A DNA stretch of 64,000 bases from an uncultured delta proteobacterium (GCA_963748325.1 CAVVIJ010000004.1:1983122-2047121), one strand, 5' to 3'; counted from the stretch's first letter, positions 9,801 to 20,125 are shown. Program-made: numbers and translations. Notes: a model not told the origin generated them from the letters alone.

Positions 9801-12800
9801 TTCGGCGGGCGGGCGCAAGAGCGGATTGGGATAGAGGAGGTGACTTGCCAGTTGCTGGAAGCGCCGGGCTTCATCAGGCAGAATGTGCAGTACCTGCAAC
9901 TCCTGCTGAGCCAAACCCCAGGCAAAATCAATTGTCCGATCAATGACATGCGGATCACGGTACTTGTCCATCAGCAGCAAAACCTGTTCACGCTTTTCCG
10001 CAACGGCCAGAACCAGGGAGATCCGGACTTCCTGGCCCGGTTCCAGGGTCAGACAATGGCGAAGACTGAGAATCGGGTCCAGAACAAAGCCCTGGCTTTT
10101 ACCGGGCGTTTGAAGGCTTCCCATCGGCTTGGCAAGGGTCCTGCCACGACCGATAAAGCGGCCCCGGTCGGTTTCAAACTGCAACGTTTCATTCTCCGAC
10201 CCTTCAAAAGTAAGACGGTGTGCCACATACAGGGACGGATCGCCTTCGCCACGGGGGCGACGATAGGCAAGAAGAGCCTGCTGTTCAGGGACGGCTTCCG
10301 TCTGGATAAATAGCTTATTGAAAGCCGGATGCTGCCGGTCCGCATTGTGCGGCGCCAGAGACAACTCATTGTAGCTGGTGAGGTTGAGGTGGCGAACGCG
10401 GGCAGTTCGATTCACCAAGGTAATCCGGCGAATTTCCACGTCGTCTTCTTGCGAAACGGTTACCTCTGTTTCAAGGGCAAGTCCTTTGTCGACCTGCCGG
10501 AACACGGCCCGGTCGAGGGCAAAAGTTACGGAAGATGATTCGACCTTTCCGCCAACGGGTTGGTAGGTGGTGGACCACAATTTGTCCCCTTCAGCTTCAT
10601 GGATGTAGCAGAATGACCCCCACGAGTCACAGGTGCGATCAGACCGCCAGCGGGTGATTTCCTGATCACCCCACTGACTGTAGCCGCCGCCACTGTTCGT
10701 TACCATCAAACCATAGCGGCCGTTGCAGAGCAACAGGCTCCTGGGAGTGGAGGTGTGGGGCGTGGCAAATGTCGCCGCAACTGGTGCAACGACATCTGAG
10801 CTCAGCAATACGGGCACTCTTTCACGCGTGGAAATGAGGTGTACCGGGGGAAGATTCGGCACGCGCTCCTGGAGCAGGGGCTCAAAGGCACGCACCCGGG
10901 CATCGGCATGAAAACGACGGGGGAACGGGTTGTCATGGAGAAAGTTGGTGAGAGCGAGAAATCCCATCCCCTGGTGATGGGCCATGTATGCCTCGATGAT
11001 CACTCCGCGCCCGCCGTCACGATGCTTTTGGCGGCTGAAATCCATCGCCTCGTAATACCCGTAGTCACTTAACAGTCCCAGTCCGGCCAATCTTTTCAGG
11101 TTCCGCACGGTCTCCTCCGGCGCAACGTTCAGCGCCAGAAGAGTGGCGTAAGGGGCAACGACCAGCTGTTCCTCAAGGCCACGCTTTAATCCGAGCGCCG
11201 GGACACCGAAGGCCTTGTATTGATAGGTCTTGTTGCTATCAAGGTCGGCAAATGCCGATTCGGAAATGCCCCAGGGCACGCGGCATTTACGGCCATAGTC
11301 AATCTGGACCGCCACGGCTTCCCGGGCGGCTTTATCCAAAAGAGAATTGCCATAGGAGCGTTGGAAAATCAGCGGCATCAGATATTCGAACATCGTGCCG
11401 GTCCAGCTGAGCAGCACCCGGTCCCGGCCGATCGCACCATAGGGACGATTCAAGGAAAACCAGTGTTCCAGGGGCACGTCGCCCCGGGCAATGGCGGCAA
11501 AACTTCCAAGCCTGGCCTCACTGGCCAGGAGATCGTAAAAGGAGCTGTCCAGGCGATCTGAGGAAACATTGTAGCCGATAGAAAACAGCTTCCTTTCCGG
11601 ATCATAAAGGAAACCCATGTTCATTCCTGCGGATAGCTCACGTACATCGCTGCGAAGCTGTTCAGCCAAGCCCAACGTTTCGCCGGCCAGCCATTGGGAT
11701 TTTGCATACGCCGCAATTACCCGGTCGATCCATTCCGTGAGTGGCCCGGAGGTTTCGGCTGACTTCTCACGGAGAGAAGTGAGGAGCGGGATGGATGCGG
11801 CTCGGCCAGCGGCAAGGTCGGAAAGCGATGGCAGGGAAGAAAGGTCCTGGCGGGTGGCATTCAGGGTCTCCGGACCTAGCAGGGCAACCTCCCCTTCCGG
11901 CTTTTCGGCCAGGATTTCGATCCAGGCAAGATAACGGTCCGCCAGGGTGATCCAGGCCGAAACCTGACTTTCCATCTCACCAGCCCATGAGGCTGCGCCC
12001 GGCGGAACAAGGGGGACCCGAAAACCTCTTTCGACCCGCCGCAACAGAGACAGCAGGTCGGCGATGCCGGTTGGCGGTGCTTCCCACGCGATCAACAGCT
12101 CGTCAAGGAGCTGGAAATCAAAGCCTGCCCGGCGCTCACGTCCTGCAACCTGCTTGAGGATTTCACCGGTATCGCCCAGTCCGGCAAAGGCTTTCCGATC
12201 GAGGAGCGGTGCCTGCAGCAGTTCATCAAGCCCTTGCTCCACTGCCCAGAGGGCGCCCAGCAGATTGCCGCTGTCAACGCATGACACATAGCGGGGTTCG
12301 AGAGGAGCGAGGTTCCGGATATCGTACCAGTTCAGCAGATGCCCCTGGCAACGCTCAAGGCGAGCAATTGTTTTCATGCTCAGGGTAAGTTTTTCGACCG
12401 TCTCGTCCAGCGTCAAGTAACCGGAATCATGGGCACCGAGGACACTCGTTATCCAGAGGCCGATGTTGGTCGGGCTGGTGCGCATGGCCAGATGGTTCTG
12501 ATGGGAAACCTGGTAGTTGTCGGGCGGCAGCCAGGACGATTCTTCCCCGACAAAACTGGAAAAATAGCGCCAGGTCCGTCGTGCAATGCTGCGGAGAAAG
12601 CGGAGATCCTGCGCCGGAAGCAGCTTCTGACGATTCTCCTGAGGTCGCAGGTTCAGGAGCCAACCAAAGAGCGGAGAAAAGAACCACAGAACCAGCCAGG
12701 GACTGGCCATGAGCAGGCTCGCCGGCATCTGCTGATAGATACACCAGCCGGCCAGACCGCTGAAAATACTGCCCAGACCCAGGCTGGCGACAAACAGTGA

Positions 12801-15800
12801 CTGCCGACGGGATGCCCGCCAATGGGTCGATTGGGCCGCCCATTCCAGCAATCCGCGCCGAGAAACCAAACGCCGGTATCCTACACGGATAATGGCATCC
12901 AGGGAGACGGCCGCCTGGTGCGGAAGCAATGCTGCGTCGGTAATTGCCCGCAGCAGATCATGCTTCACCTTTTCCAGGGAGAAGTGACGCAATCCCTTGG
13001 CGGTGGTCGCCATGGTAAAGGGCTGCGCCAGGGGGTGAAAGAGCAGCTGCATACCAACCACCAGGGAAGCCACCAGGCCGGCCCGGGGAGAAATGAACCA
13101 GGCGCCCGTCAGCAAGCAGAGGCTGGTGGCAGGGACCAGGCTCCGGCGCAGATTATCGAAAATCTTCCAGCGGTTGAACAGGGAAAGGGGATTGGCACCG
13201 CGCCCTCCTGCCGCCAGCGGAACACGGGGGAGAACCCAGCCCGCGATCTGCCAATCACCGCGAATCCAGCGATGCGCCCGTTTGGCATAACTCTGATAGC
13301 CCTGCGGAAACTCGTCATAAAGTTCGATGTCACTGGCCAGTCCGACACGCACGTGGGCACCTTCGATCAGATCGTGGCTCAGCACCCACTCTTCCGGGAA
13401 TCTGCCCGACAACACGCGACTGAAGGCGCGCACGTCATAGATGCCCTTCCCATGGTACGAGCCCTCACCGCAAAGATCCTGATGGACGTCGGAGACGGCC
13501 TGGGAGTAGGGATCGATTCCCACTGCGTCGGCAAAGAGCCGGCTGAACGTCGAAGCACTGGTGCTTGGCAGACTCGGGCTCACGCGCGGCTGGATGATGG
13601 TATACGAGCCGGCGGCAATCCGCCCTTCCGCATCAAAGCGCGGCTGGTTCAAGGGGTGGGCCAAGGTCTCGATCATCCTGCGGGCCGTGCCGTGCGGCAA
13701 TTGGGTATCGCTGTCCAGGGTGATAATGAAACGCACATCGGCAAGATGTTCCGGGTTACCGACATATACCAGCCGAGGAGCAGATTCAGGCCGCGTTCCG
13801 ACGATCAGATTATTGAGTTCTTCGAGCTTGCCCCGCTTGCGCTCCCAACCGATGAATGTCTGTTCGGACTCACTCCAGGTGCGTTCGCGATGGAACAGGA
13901 AGAAGCGCTCGGCGCCAATAGTTTGATTCAAATTACCGATACTCTCGATTGCCAGGTGGAGCAGCCGTTCGTCGTCCTCGCGCTGCAATTGAGGAGAATC
14001 GGTGTAATCGGTGAAGAGACTGAAAAGCAGATTGTCTTCCTTGTTGGCCAGATAACGAATTTCCAGCTTTTCGACCTCAGCCTGAACCGTCTCGGCGTCC
14101 GCCAGCATCATCGGCACGACCACCAGCGTACGAAAAGAATCAGGGATGCCGGAATCCTTGAAGTCCATTTTCGGCAGTGTCCGGGCCGGCAAGATCCGCG
14201 TCACAAGATAATTGACCACCTCAAGGGACAGTTGACTTACGGGAATCAGCAAGGCGAGTGCCGTAACAAGCTGAATCCAGAGAGACTGGCCAGCCAGACC
14301 AAACCAGATGATCAGGGACAGGAGAAAACCCGAGAGGACGCCGAACCCAAGAAAATAGACAGCTGCATGGTGTCGGTACAGCCACTGCAGGACACGGAAA
14401 CCTGGTGCTTCGCTACACTCAACCAGCTGAGCCAGCTCTTGCCTGCCTTCGCCGAGCAGCCAGCTTGCAACACTGGAGTGCCGCTCATCCTCCGCAACGT
14501 CATGCAGGGAGTGCGTCGCCAGTCCGATTGCCCGCCGGGCAATATGTTCTTCCGACGTACCGGACCTGCGAGCCAGTTCTTCAACCGTTCTGCGACAGCG
14601 GTTGCGGGTATCAAAGTCCATCTCCGGATATACGCCGGACGGGTCGAGACGGAGCACCTGCTCCACCCGGCTGAGTTGCTCGAAGACTTCCCGCCAATCG
14701 AGCAGATCAAGTTGACGCAGGCTGGTAAAGGCATTACTGCTCGCTATCTGCTCCATGGTCCGGCGGTTCTGCTCACGCAGGTTGAGATCGTTCAGTGATT
14801 TTTTCAGCGAGCGTTCCAACCAGCTTCGCACCGGGGCCAAGGCAACTTCCTCGTCATCGAGGTGGCCGACAAGTTGCGCCCCGAAATAGGACGTGGGGTT
14901 TTGCACTTTCGCGGAAAGTTCGGCCAATGCAGAAAAGAGCTGGTTAGCATCCCGTCGATTGGCGGCAATAATCCTGTTTGCCCAAAAAACGGCGAGTTGA
15001 CGCTCACGCAGGTCGGCCATGGCGGTTATTGCCAGGTTCTGAATACTTTCGATCAAGGCGATGCGCAGCATCTGGGGAATTGCCCAGAGTTCGCCGATCG
15101 ACAGCGTGCGCACGGTTTGATAGGCCGCAATGAAGGCCAGGATATTCTCCCGCTCCAGGTGCAATCCCGCATGTGACACGAATTCCTTCGCCAAGCCATA
15201 AATGCGCGGAAGCCCCTGGTAGGGAGCTATGGAGAGCATCGGGAGTTTCTGATAAAAGGTTTTGGGCAGGTTCAGGAGAACGTCACGGACGCCCTCTTCT
15301 ATGATGTATTCATTATCAAGAATCCACTCGGCAGCAGGAGTCGCGCTCTGTTCCAGTCGCGTCGCCGCCGACAAATCCGAACAGACTTGACGGACACGCA
15401 GACGGGCTAGTTCAAGGCTTTTCAGTAACTGGGCATTCCGCACCGGCTTATCATCTACCTGGTGATCCGCAGCGATGAGCACGGCATGTTCACGGGCTAG
15501 TGCAGGAGAAAGCTGCTCCTTGGAGGCTCGAACCTCTTTACGCCTTTCGCGCCTCTGATGCATGACAAAGATCGCAGGCGGAATGTCACTACTCTCCTGA
15601 AGTATCGCCAGGGGGAGTTGTAAACTTTCGATGGGTGCCTGGAGGATCAGGACCGTCTCTCCGGGCATCAACCAGCGGCTGTGGTCGTGCATAAGTTCGG
15701 GATCGATACCGTACTTTGTTCGTCGCATCCAGGCAAGACCAACCAGACTTCCTATTGCGCCGCCACCTATGGACAAGATTGAAAGAATTTCCCACGACAG

Positions 15801-16025
15801 GTGAAAAAAATGGGAAGTCAGCCCCGCGATTCCCGCGAACAGAATTGTAGCCAGTACCGCGGAGAAAACCCGGAGCCAGGGAAAGTAATCAATTGTGCGG
15901 ATTTCGTTGTCCAGCGTTTTATGTAACAGTGCGGCGCGGCAGAACCTTTTTTTCGCAAGCGCCCGGATTGCTGCACGAGCTTCGTTGTTATGGATAAAGT
16001 AGCTGACAAGAATGCTTGAACTCAC
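6897..16025 (-). CDS. ndvB: cyclic beta-1,2-glucan synthase-like giant multidomain protein (membrane GT-A glycosyltransferase + GH94 phosphorylase-like C-terminus)
   Basis: Uninterrupted 3042-codon ORF with a GTG start at 16025 after AAGGAAA. It carries ITLDSDTQLP (DxD) and KRAHRWIRGDWQ (QxxRW-like), with several TM blocks. The C-terminal third carries GFRDQLQD and GTGDWNDGLN, as in cellobiose/cellodextrin phosphorylase modules. Confidence 0.88.
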   Translation of the reverse strand: MSSSILVSYFIHNNEARAAIRALAKKRFCRAALLHKTLDNEIRTIDYFPWLRVFSAVLATILFAGIAGLTSHFFHLSWEILSILSIGGGAIGSLVGLAWMRRTKYGIDPELMHDHSRWLMPGETVLILQAPIESLQLPLAILQESSDIPPAIFVMHQRRERRKEVRASKEQLSPALAREHAVLIAADHQVDDKPVRNAQLLKSLELARLRVRQVCSDLSAATRLEQSATPAAEWILDNEYIIEEGVRDVLLNLPKTFYQKLPMLSIAPYQGLPRIYGLAKEFVSHAGLHLERENILAFIAAYQTVRTLSIGELWAIPQMLRIALIESIQNLAITAMADLRERQLAVFWANRIIAANRRDANQLFSALAELSAKVQNPTSYFGAQLVGHLDDEEVALAPVRSWLERSLKKSLNDLNLREQNRRTMEQIASSNAFTSLRQLDLLDWREVFEQLSRVEQVLRLDPSGVYPEMDFDTRNRCRRTVEELARRSGTSEEHIARRAIGLATHSLHDVAEDERHSSVASWLLGEGRQELAQLVECSEAPGFRVLQWLYRHHAAVYFLGFGVLSGFLLSLIIWFGLAGQSLWIQLVTALALLIPVSQLSLEVVNYLVTRILPARTLPKMDFKDSGIPDSFRTLVVVPMMLADAETVQAEVEKLEIRYLANKEDNLLFSLFTDYTDSPQLQREDDERLLHLAIESIGNLNQTIGAERFFLFHRERTWSESEQTFIGWERKRGKLEELNNLIVGTRPESAPRLVYVGNPEHLADVRFIITLDSDTQLPHGTARRMIETLAHPLNQPRFDAEGRIAAGSYTIIQPRVSPSLPSTSASTFSRLFADAVGIDPYSQAVSDVHQDLCGEGSYHGKGIYDVRAFSRVLSGRFPEEWVLSHDLIEGAHVRVGLASDIELYDEFPQGYQSYAKRAHRWIRGDWQIAGWVLPRVPLAAGGRGANPLSLFNRWKIFDNLRRSLVPATSLCLLTGAWFISPRAGLVASLVVGMQLLFHPLAQPFTMATTAKGLRHFSLEKVKHDLLRAITDAALLPHQAAVSLDAIIRVGYRRLVSRRGLLEWAAQSTHWRASRRQSLFVASLGLGSIFSGLAGWCIYQQMPASLLMASPWLVLWFFSPLFGWLLNLRPQENRQKLLPAQDLRFLRSIARRTWRYFSSFVGEESSWLPPDNYQVSHQNHLAMRTSPTNIGLWITSVLGAHDSGYLTLDETVEKLTLSMKTIARLERCQGHLLNWYDIRNLAPLEPRYVSCVDSGNLLGALWAVEQGLDELLQAPLLDRKAFAGLGDTGEILKQVAGRERRAGFDFQLLDELLIAWEAPPTGIADLLSLLRRVERGFRVPLVPPGAASWAGEMESQVSAWITLADRYLAWIEILAEKPEGEVALLGPETLNATRQDLSSLPSLSDLAAGRAASIPLLTSLREKSAETSGPLTEWIDRVIAAYAKSQWLAGETLGLAEQLRSDVRELSAGMNMGFLYDPERKLFSIGYNVSSDRLDSSFYDLLASEARLGSFAAIARGDVPLEHWFSLNRPYGAIGRDRVLLSWTGTMFEYLMPLIFQRSYGNSLLDKAAREAVAVQIDYGRKCRVPWGISESAFADLDSNKTYQYKAFGVPALGLKRGLEEQLVVAPYATLLALNVAPEETVRNLKRLAGLGLLSDYGYYEAMDFSRQKHRDGGRGVIIEAYMAHHQGMGFLALTNFLHDNPFPRRFHADARVRAFEPLLQERVPNLPPVHLISTRERVPVLLSSDVVAPVAATFATPHTSTPRSLLLCNGRYGLMVTNSGGGYSQWGDQEITRWRSDRTCDSWGSFCYIHEAEGDKLWSTTYQPVGGKVESSSVTFALDRAVFRQVDKGLALETEVTVSQEDDVEIRRITLVNRTARVRHLNLTSYNELSLAPHNADRQHPAFNKLFIQTEAVPEQQALLAYRRPRGEGDPSLYVAHRLTFEGSENETLQFETDRGRFIGRGRTLAKPMGSLQTPGKSQGFVLDPILSLRHCLTLEPGQEVRISLVLAVAEKREQVLLLMDKYRDPHVIDRTIDFAWGLAQQELQVLHILPDEARRFQQLASHLLYPNPLLRPPAERLAENRKGQAGLWPYGISGDVPIAMVTIKETRDIALVSQMLQAHTYWRLHGLTVDLVILDEETGGYEQPLRERLEILVRSRSQYAGTERPGGIFLRCAAQLPEEDLRLLKSSASIVLVAARGTLPQQLGMPVELPDFPEALVARRAFRDPSAPLPFMELSYFNSLGGFTPDGREYAIYLGPDTHTPAPWANVIANPHFGTLVTETGSGFTWYGNSQRNRLTQWSNDPVVDPSAEALYIRDEESGTGWTPTAAPIREDSAYRARHGAGYSVFEHNSHGIEQKLTVFVPVNENGGDPVKLQMLRLRNDTARQRTLTVTYYVELTLGEHRESSQMHVITHWDDEAQALFAWNRYHPEYGERITFVAMNQPVDSYGGDRTSFIGRNRSLASPAAMEQVRLSRRTGAGLDPCAALRATLQLAPGESGDVTCLLGQAASLEQARDLIIAYRENQATVTALERTKAWWDDLLGTIEVQTPEPSADLLLNRWLQYQSLSCRIWGRSGLYQSGGAFGFRDQLQDVMAFLSTRPDLARKQILLAASRQFKEGDVQHWWHEPSGAGIRSRITDDLLWLPHVVVHYVRVTGDSGILEENIPFLTAPPLAVDQHEVFSTPEVSCERATLFEHCRRAVSRGLTSGPHGLPLIGTGDWNDGLNLVGAGGKGESVWLAWFLCDLLQGMVELSDLLHQPELSRSYQDERSALARRVEEAGWDGEWYLRGTFDDGSPLGSSANVEAKIDSLPQSWAWLSGAADPERAEKALESAWRHLVLEDEGLVLLFEPPFDKTVPSPGYIKGYPPGVRENGGQYTHAAIWMAMAMARKGDGERAVKMLRMLNPVEHARDSESTWKYGVEPYVIAADVYRLPGRIGQGGWSWYTGSAAWLYRAWIEEILGLQIRSELLRLRPVIPAAWEGFSLSYRHGDALYEIRVENPHGCESGVAWLEMDGRKVPDGVITLERSLVKHQVLVQMGEPGQTL

Positions 16026-16276
16026 ATTTTTTCCTTATTCACTGCGCAGTCTGAGCTTTCAGCTTTTGCGAAGAATTTCGATGTATGAATCACTCGGAAA
16101 GGAACCATAGAACTGTTCCAAAGGATGTGTATGCGAGGTGGAGGAAGCGTATAGTGTGGGAAGTGGCTGAAAGTTACACGGAAACCGGGGGTATTCTGTT
16201 GTAAGGGCAAAACCTTTTGGCATGCCGTTTCAAGATCTGTGCTGAACGTTAAATAAACGTCACAAAATTTTTGGTG

Positions 16277-16558
16277 TCAATTTGAGTAATAAGCTCGGCT
16301 TTCTATCTTGAGCATATACTCTTTACAATTACTATCTCTCTCTATTTCAGTTTTTTTGCATGTTGTCGCTGAAATACAGAAAGAGCATAGTTTACTGCGG
16401 GGCATTCGGTTGTTTCTTTTTGCTTTGGTTACGATTCTATTTGAGACCAGCTTTCCATCAATACTAGTAACGGGTTTCTTTGCCTCAGCTTCAGAGGTCA
16501 TTTCTACATAGGTGAACCACTGCGACTGAAAAGAGTTCCGGTCCGTCATAAAGCGCAT
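16277..16558 (-). CDS. hypothetical protein (doubtful; the frame stays open upstream to ~16713 without a start codon)
   Basis: 93-aa ORF in an AT-rich stretch with no clear RBS. The in-frame upstream extension (..FLGKIPIAVAEEYVNELLWEIDNVVS) suggests a truncated gene. Confidence 0.25.
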   Translation of the reverse strand: MRFMTDRNSFQSQWFTYVEMTSEAEAKKPVTSIDGKLVSNRIVTKAKRNNRMPRSKLCSFCISATTCKKTEIERDSNCKEYMLKIESRAYYSN

Positions 16559-16680
16559 TGATACGACATTGTCAATTTCCCACAGGAGTTCGTTGACATA
16601 TTCCTCCGCAACAGCAATGGGAATCTTTCCCAGAAAAAATTCTCTGCTAATCGGCTGTCTCCTTTTACTGGCAGATGGAT

Positions 16681-16715
16681 AAAAAAAACCCGGAGACCTT
16701 AAAGCCGCCGGGTTT
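16681..16715 (-). terminator. intrinsic terminator (minus strand)
   Basis: On the minus strand: AACCCGG-loop-CCGGGTT followed by T8. Confidence 0.6.
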
Positions 16716-17078
16716 CACTGACATCTACATTTCTTTTTTATTTACATTACCACAATAATATGTATACGCATACTAAATAACCGTATGTCCCCCCACTATT
16801 TCTTACGGCATAGACAAGAAGAGCATGTATGAACCGCACAAGGCCTACGCTGCTTGCCTCATATTCTCCAGCTCAGCTTGCGTAATGAGCTTGTCCCGGT
16901 CGAGAAGGATACGCAGCGTGTCCCCATTTGTGTCCACGGGTTTTCTATTTATCCCAGAATAACAATTCGAGAGTTACCACACCAAAATACCCCGACATTT
17001 TTTCTGTAAGTCAATCGTAGAACAGTGAGCCAAAACCTCATAACTCGGCACTGCCAAGCACGAATCAATTGAGCCACA

Positions 17079-17110
17079 AAAATGGGCCATACCTTTTCAG
17101 GATATGGCCC
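17079..17110 (-). terminator. candidate terminator hairpin downstream of the lipoprotein gene
   Basis: GGGCCATA-11 nt-TATGGCCC followed by ATTTTT on the minus strand, ~165 bp after the stop at 17276. Confidence 0.4.
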
Positions 17111-17275
17111 AGACATACTTGGCTCCCTCGTACGAAAGCCAGGGAAACCTGCAGAAACGGCTACACATTAAACCGACTGCAAGTTAACCACGTACATTGC
17201 AGCTGCATGTTCTCTCCACTTTTGTACGGGAAAACATCTGCAACAGAAACCACCCGTTACGCGCGGCCAGGAGCT

Positions 17276-17623
17276 TCAATACCACTCAGAATCTCCGTAA
17301 TATTTCGGCACGCTCACACCGGTGCAGTCAAAGGCATAAGCGACAACTCGTGTCTGTCCATAATAGCCCATGACCGGCTCCCGCCAGAAGATATGCGTCG
17401 CGCCCGCTTCCCTGGCCTTCACAGCAGACTGGTACTTAAAATCGCCAAGCACCGGAGGGGGGCCCCAGAAACTGTACCCGTACGGTCCCGGTATTTTTGC
17501 TACCAGACGACACTCTCTTACGCTACCCGGATCGGCCACTTCCAGAGGGAAAGGCCTGGACGCAACATAGGTGGAGCATCCCGTGATCATAAGGGTTGCA
17601 ACAAACAGCATGAAAGTCTTCAT
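17276..17623 (-). CDS. small lipoprotein, unknown function
   Basis: Start MKTFMLFVATLMITGC (lipobox LMITGC) preceded by GGGAGG. Confidence 0.6.
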   Translation of the reverse strand: MKTFMLFVATLMITGCSTYVASRPFPLEVADPGSVRECRLVAKIPGPYGYSFWGPPPVLGDFKYQSAVKAREAGATHIFWREPVMGYYGQTRVVAYAFDCTGVSVPKYYGDSEWY

Positions 17624-17687
17624 AACGCCTCCCAAAAATGCGTATCGGGAAATTGCTTACAAGCAGCGTTTCTCATCACTTACATAA

Positions 17688-18320
<633 letters not shown>

Positions 18321-18475
18321 CTACCAAAAAGCACGTTGACTACTCGACACCATTATTTTGACATACTGCCTGACTGACGGACCCACAAAACGTTGTCATA
18401 CCCGCGAAAGCTGGTATCCAGTTGTTTTATAACCATTGATAATGCCCGGAATTCAGTCCCGATTGGTTGCCTTTC

Positions 18476-18504
18476 TTGCTTTTTACCCATGTCAACCGTA
18501 TAAT
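18476..18504 (+). promoter_or_regulatory. sigma70-like promoter upstream of the MNT gene
   Basis: TTGCTT-17 nt-TATAAT, 30 bp upstream of the AAGGAG/ATG at 18534. Confidence 0.5.
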
Positions 18505-18533
18505 CCCGTTAAGAAATCTCAAGGAGCGGCGCT

Positions 18534-18833
18534 ATGGTTAGCAACAAAAACGAAATCATCATGTTCCTGCAGGCGCACAAGGATGAAATGGCGCAGCGCT
18601 TCGGTGTGGTGAGTATCGGTCTCTTCGGCAGTTATGCCCGGGGAGAGGCTCGCGAAGATTCTGACATCGACATTGCCATAGAACTGAGACCCGAAAAGAA
18701 ATCCCTGAGTAATTTCTTCGGAATCAGGCGCTACCTTGAACAGCAGTTCGGCAAGACGGTCGATCTGGGGATCGAGAGCACCCTAAAACCGTTGGTGAGG
18801 GAAATAGTTGCCAAGGAAATTATCCATGTCTGA
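18534..18833 (+). CDS. mntA: MNT-type nucleotidyltransferase antitoxin
   Basis: GLFGSYARGEAREDSDIDIAI (GSx10DxD motif). Its stop overlaps the ATG of the downstream DUF86 gene. Confidence 0.85.
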   Translation: MVSNKNEIIMFLQAHKDEMAQRFGVVSIGLFGSYARGEAREDSDIDIAIELRPEKKSLSNFFGIRRYLEQQFGKTVDLGIESTLKPLVREIVAKEIIHV

Positions 18834-19170
18834 GAGGCCACAGCTCCTCTAGTGCCAGGATATTCTTGAATCCGGCACCGCCATTCAATCGTATGTTGAG
18901 GATCTGACCCGCGAGGCGTTTGTTCAGGACCGCATGCGTTACTCGGCGGTAATCCGCGAATTTGAAATTATCGGCGAAGCCGTGGGCAAGCTGTCAGCTG
19001 CATTGAAGGATGAATACCCCGGTGTGCCCTGGCAGGATATCAAGGATTTTCGTAACCTGCTGGCGCACGAATATTTCGGTGTCGATCTGGAGATTGTCTG
19101 GAATACTATTCGTGACGATTTACCGATGTTGATGGATGCTGTGCAGAAGATAGTGAGTGGAATTAAGTAA
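18826..19170 (+). pseudogene. hepT: HepT (DUF86) RNase toxin with an in-frame TAG at codon 9
   Basis: ATG at 18826 reads MSERPQLL-TAG(18850-18852)-CQDILESGTAIQSYVEDLTREAFVQDRMRYSAVIREFEIIGEA..FRNLLAHEYF (Rx4HxY). The listed ORF 18934..19170 is only the part after the stop. Confidence 0.8.
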
Positions 19171-19279
19171 GATGTCTCCCGAGCTCTCTCACTTTTCCTC
19201 GAAATTCTCCCCGTTTTGTCTACATCTCCCCTGCCCTATCCCACTCCATGCGTGGGTACGCCGAGCCAGGGTACTATCT

Positions 19280-20056
19280 TCACCCAGGTTTCCGGCCCAC
19301 GTACACCGCGATCGGAACGGTGTAGACCACCTCTCCGCCCTCCCTCCGTGCGCGGATACCCAGACTGTCGACGCCGATGTCGCAGGTGACGGTCTCCCGC
19401 AGCGTCGGCACGTCTTCGGGGGCCGGGAACGATGCCCGCAGCTGGGTCTCCAGCTCGATCGGGACGCCGTAACCGCTCCCCCTGCAGTCTACCAGCCCCG
19501 ATTGCCGGAACAGCACATCGAATTCCCCGCTGGTGAGCGCATGGACATGGGACGGGTCCCGCATGGTTTCGAGCCGGTCGTAGGCTGCGGATTTCTCCGG
19601 CTCCACTGCCACGTCAGCCACCAGTACCCTGCCGCCGGGCCTGCAGACCCGGATCATCTCCGCCAACGCCCGTTCCGGTTCCAGGAAATGGTGGAAGCTG
19701 TAGCGGGTGATAACCAGGGAAAACGCCTCATCGGCGAACGGCAGCGGCACCGCCTCCCCCACGTGCCAGCGGAGGTTGCCCAGCCCCAGCTCTTCCTGCC
19801 TCTTCTCCGCCTGTTCGATCATCGTGGGCGTGATGTCAATCCCGGTCACCGCCCCGGCATGCCGCGCGAATTCGCAGGCGACCAGTCCCGGTCCGCAGGC
19901 AACGTCCAGGACCGTGTCTTCCCTGCCCACCCCGGAAAGCTCCACAAGCAACTGCAGCGCATCCAGATGTCCCGGCACACGAGTAAAGGGAATGGCCTGG
20001 CGCGAAAACTGTTCGACAATCGTCTCCCGGTGCTTCCCGCTGTTCCGTTCGGTCAT
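19280..20056 (-). CDS. class I SAM-dependent methyltransferase
   Basis: VLDVACGPGLVACEFA motif I; 258 aa. Confidence 0.85.
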   Translation of the reverse strand: MTERNSGKHRETIVEQFSRQAIPFTRVPGHLDALQLLVELSGVGREDTVLDVACGPGLVACEFARHAGAVTGIDITPTMIEQAEKRQEELGLGNLRWHVGEAVPLPFADEAFSLVITRYSFHHFLEPERALAEMIRVCRPGGRVLVADVAVEPEKSAAYDRLETMRDPSHVHALTSGEFDVLFRQSGLVDCRGSGYGVPIELETQLRASFPAPEDVPTLRETVTCDIGVDSLGIRARREGGEVVYTVPIAVYVGRKPG

Positions 20057-20125
20057 CTCTGTTCCTCCTTTCCTGTCTTTTCGGGATATTCTACCTTGCC
20101 GCCCGGCTTGCCGTCTTGCTATAGT

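Noticed and set aside
7218-14798. Many long plus-strand ORFs (for example 12822..14798, 658 aa; 7218..8147, 309 aa).
   Set aside because: They are antisense to the uninterrupted 3042-codon ORF, which carries recognisable glycosyltransferase and phosphorylase motifs. Their translations are Arg/Gly/Pro-rich and low-complexity, typical of GC-rich antisense frames.
16845-16935. Minus-strand frame ..PVDTNGDTLRILLDRDKLITQAELENMRQAA* resembling a CheW-type C-terminus.
   Set aside because: It covers only ~30 residues with a stop immediately upstream, which is too short to call.
18850-18852. In-frame TAG in hepT as a possible recoded (pyrrolysine) codon.
   Set aside because: There are no Pyl machinery or methylamine methyltransferase genes here. 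Family members have Tyr near this position, so a point mutation is the simpler explanation.
19157-20110. The first ~320 codons of listed ORF 19157..20950.
   Set aside because: They are antisense to the SAM methyltransferase (19280..20056). Only the part from the ATG at 20126 has AraC/cupin features.
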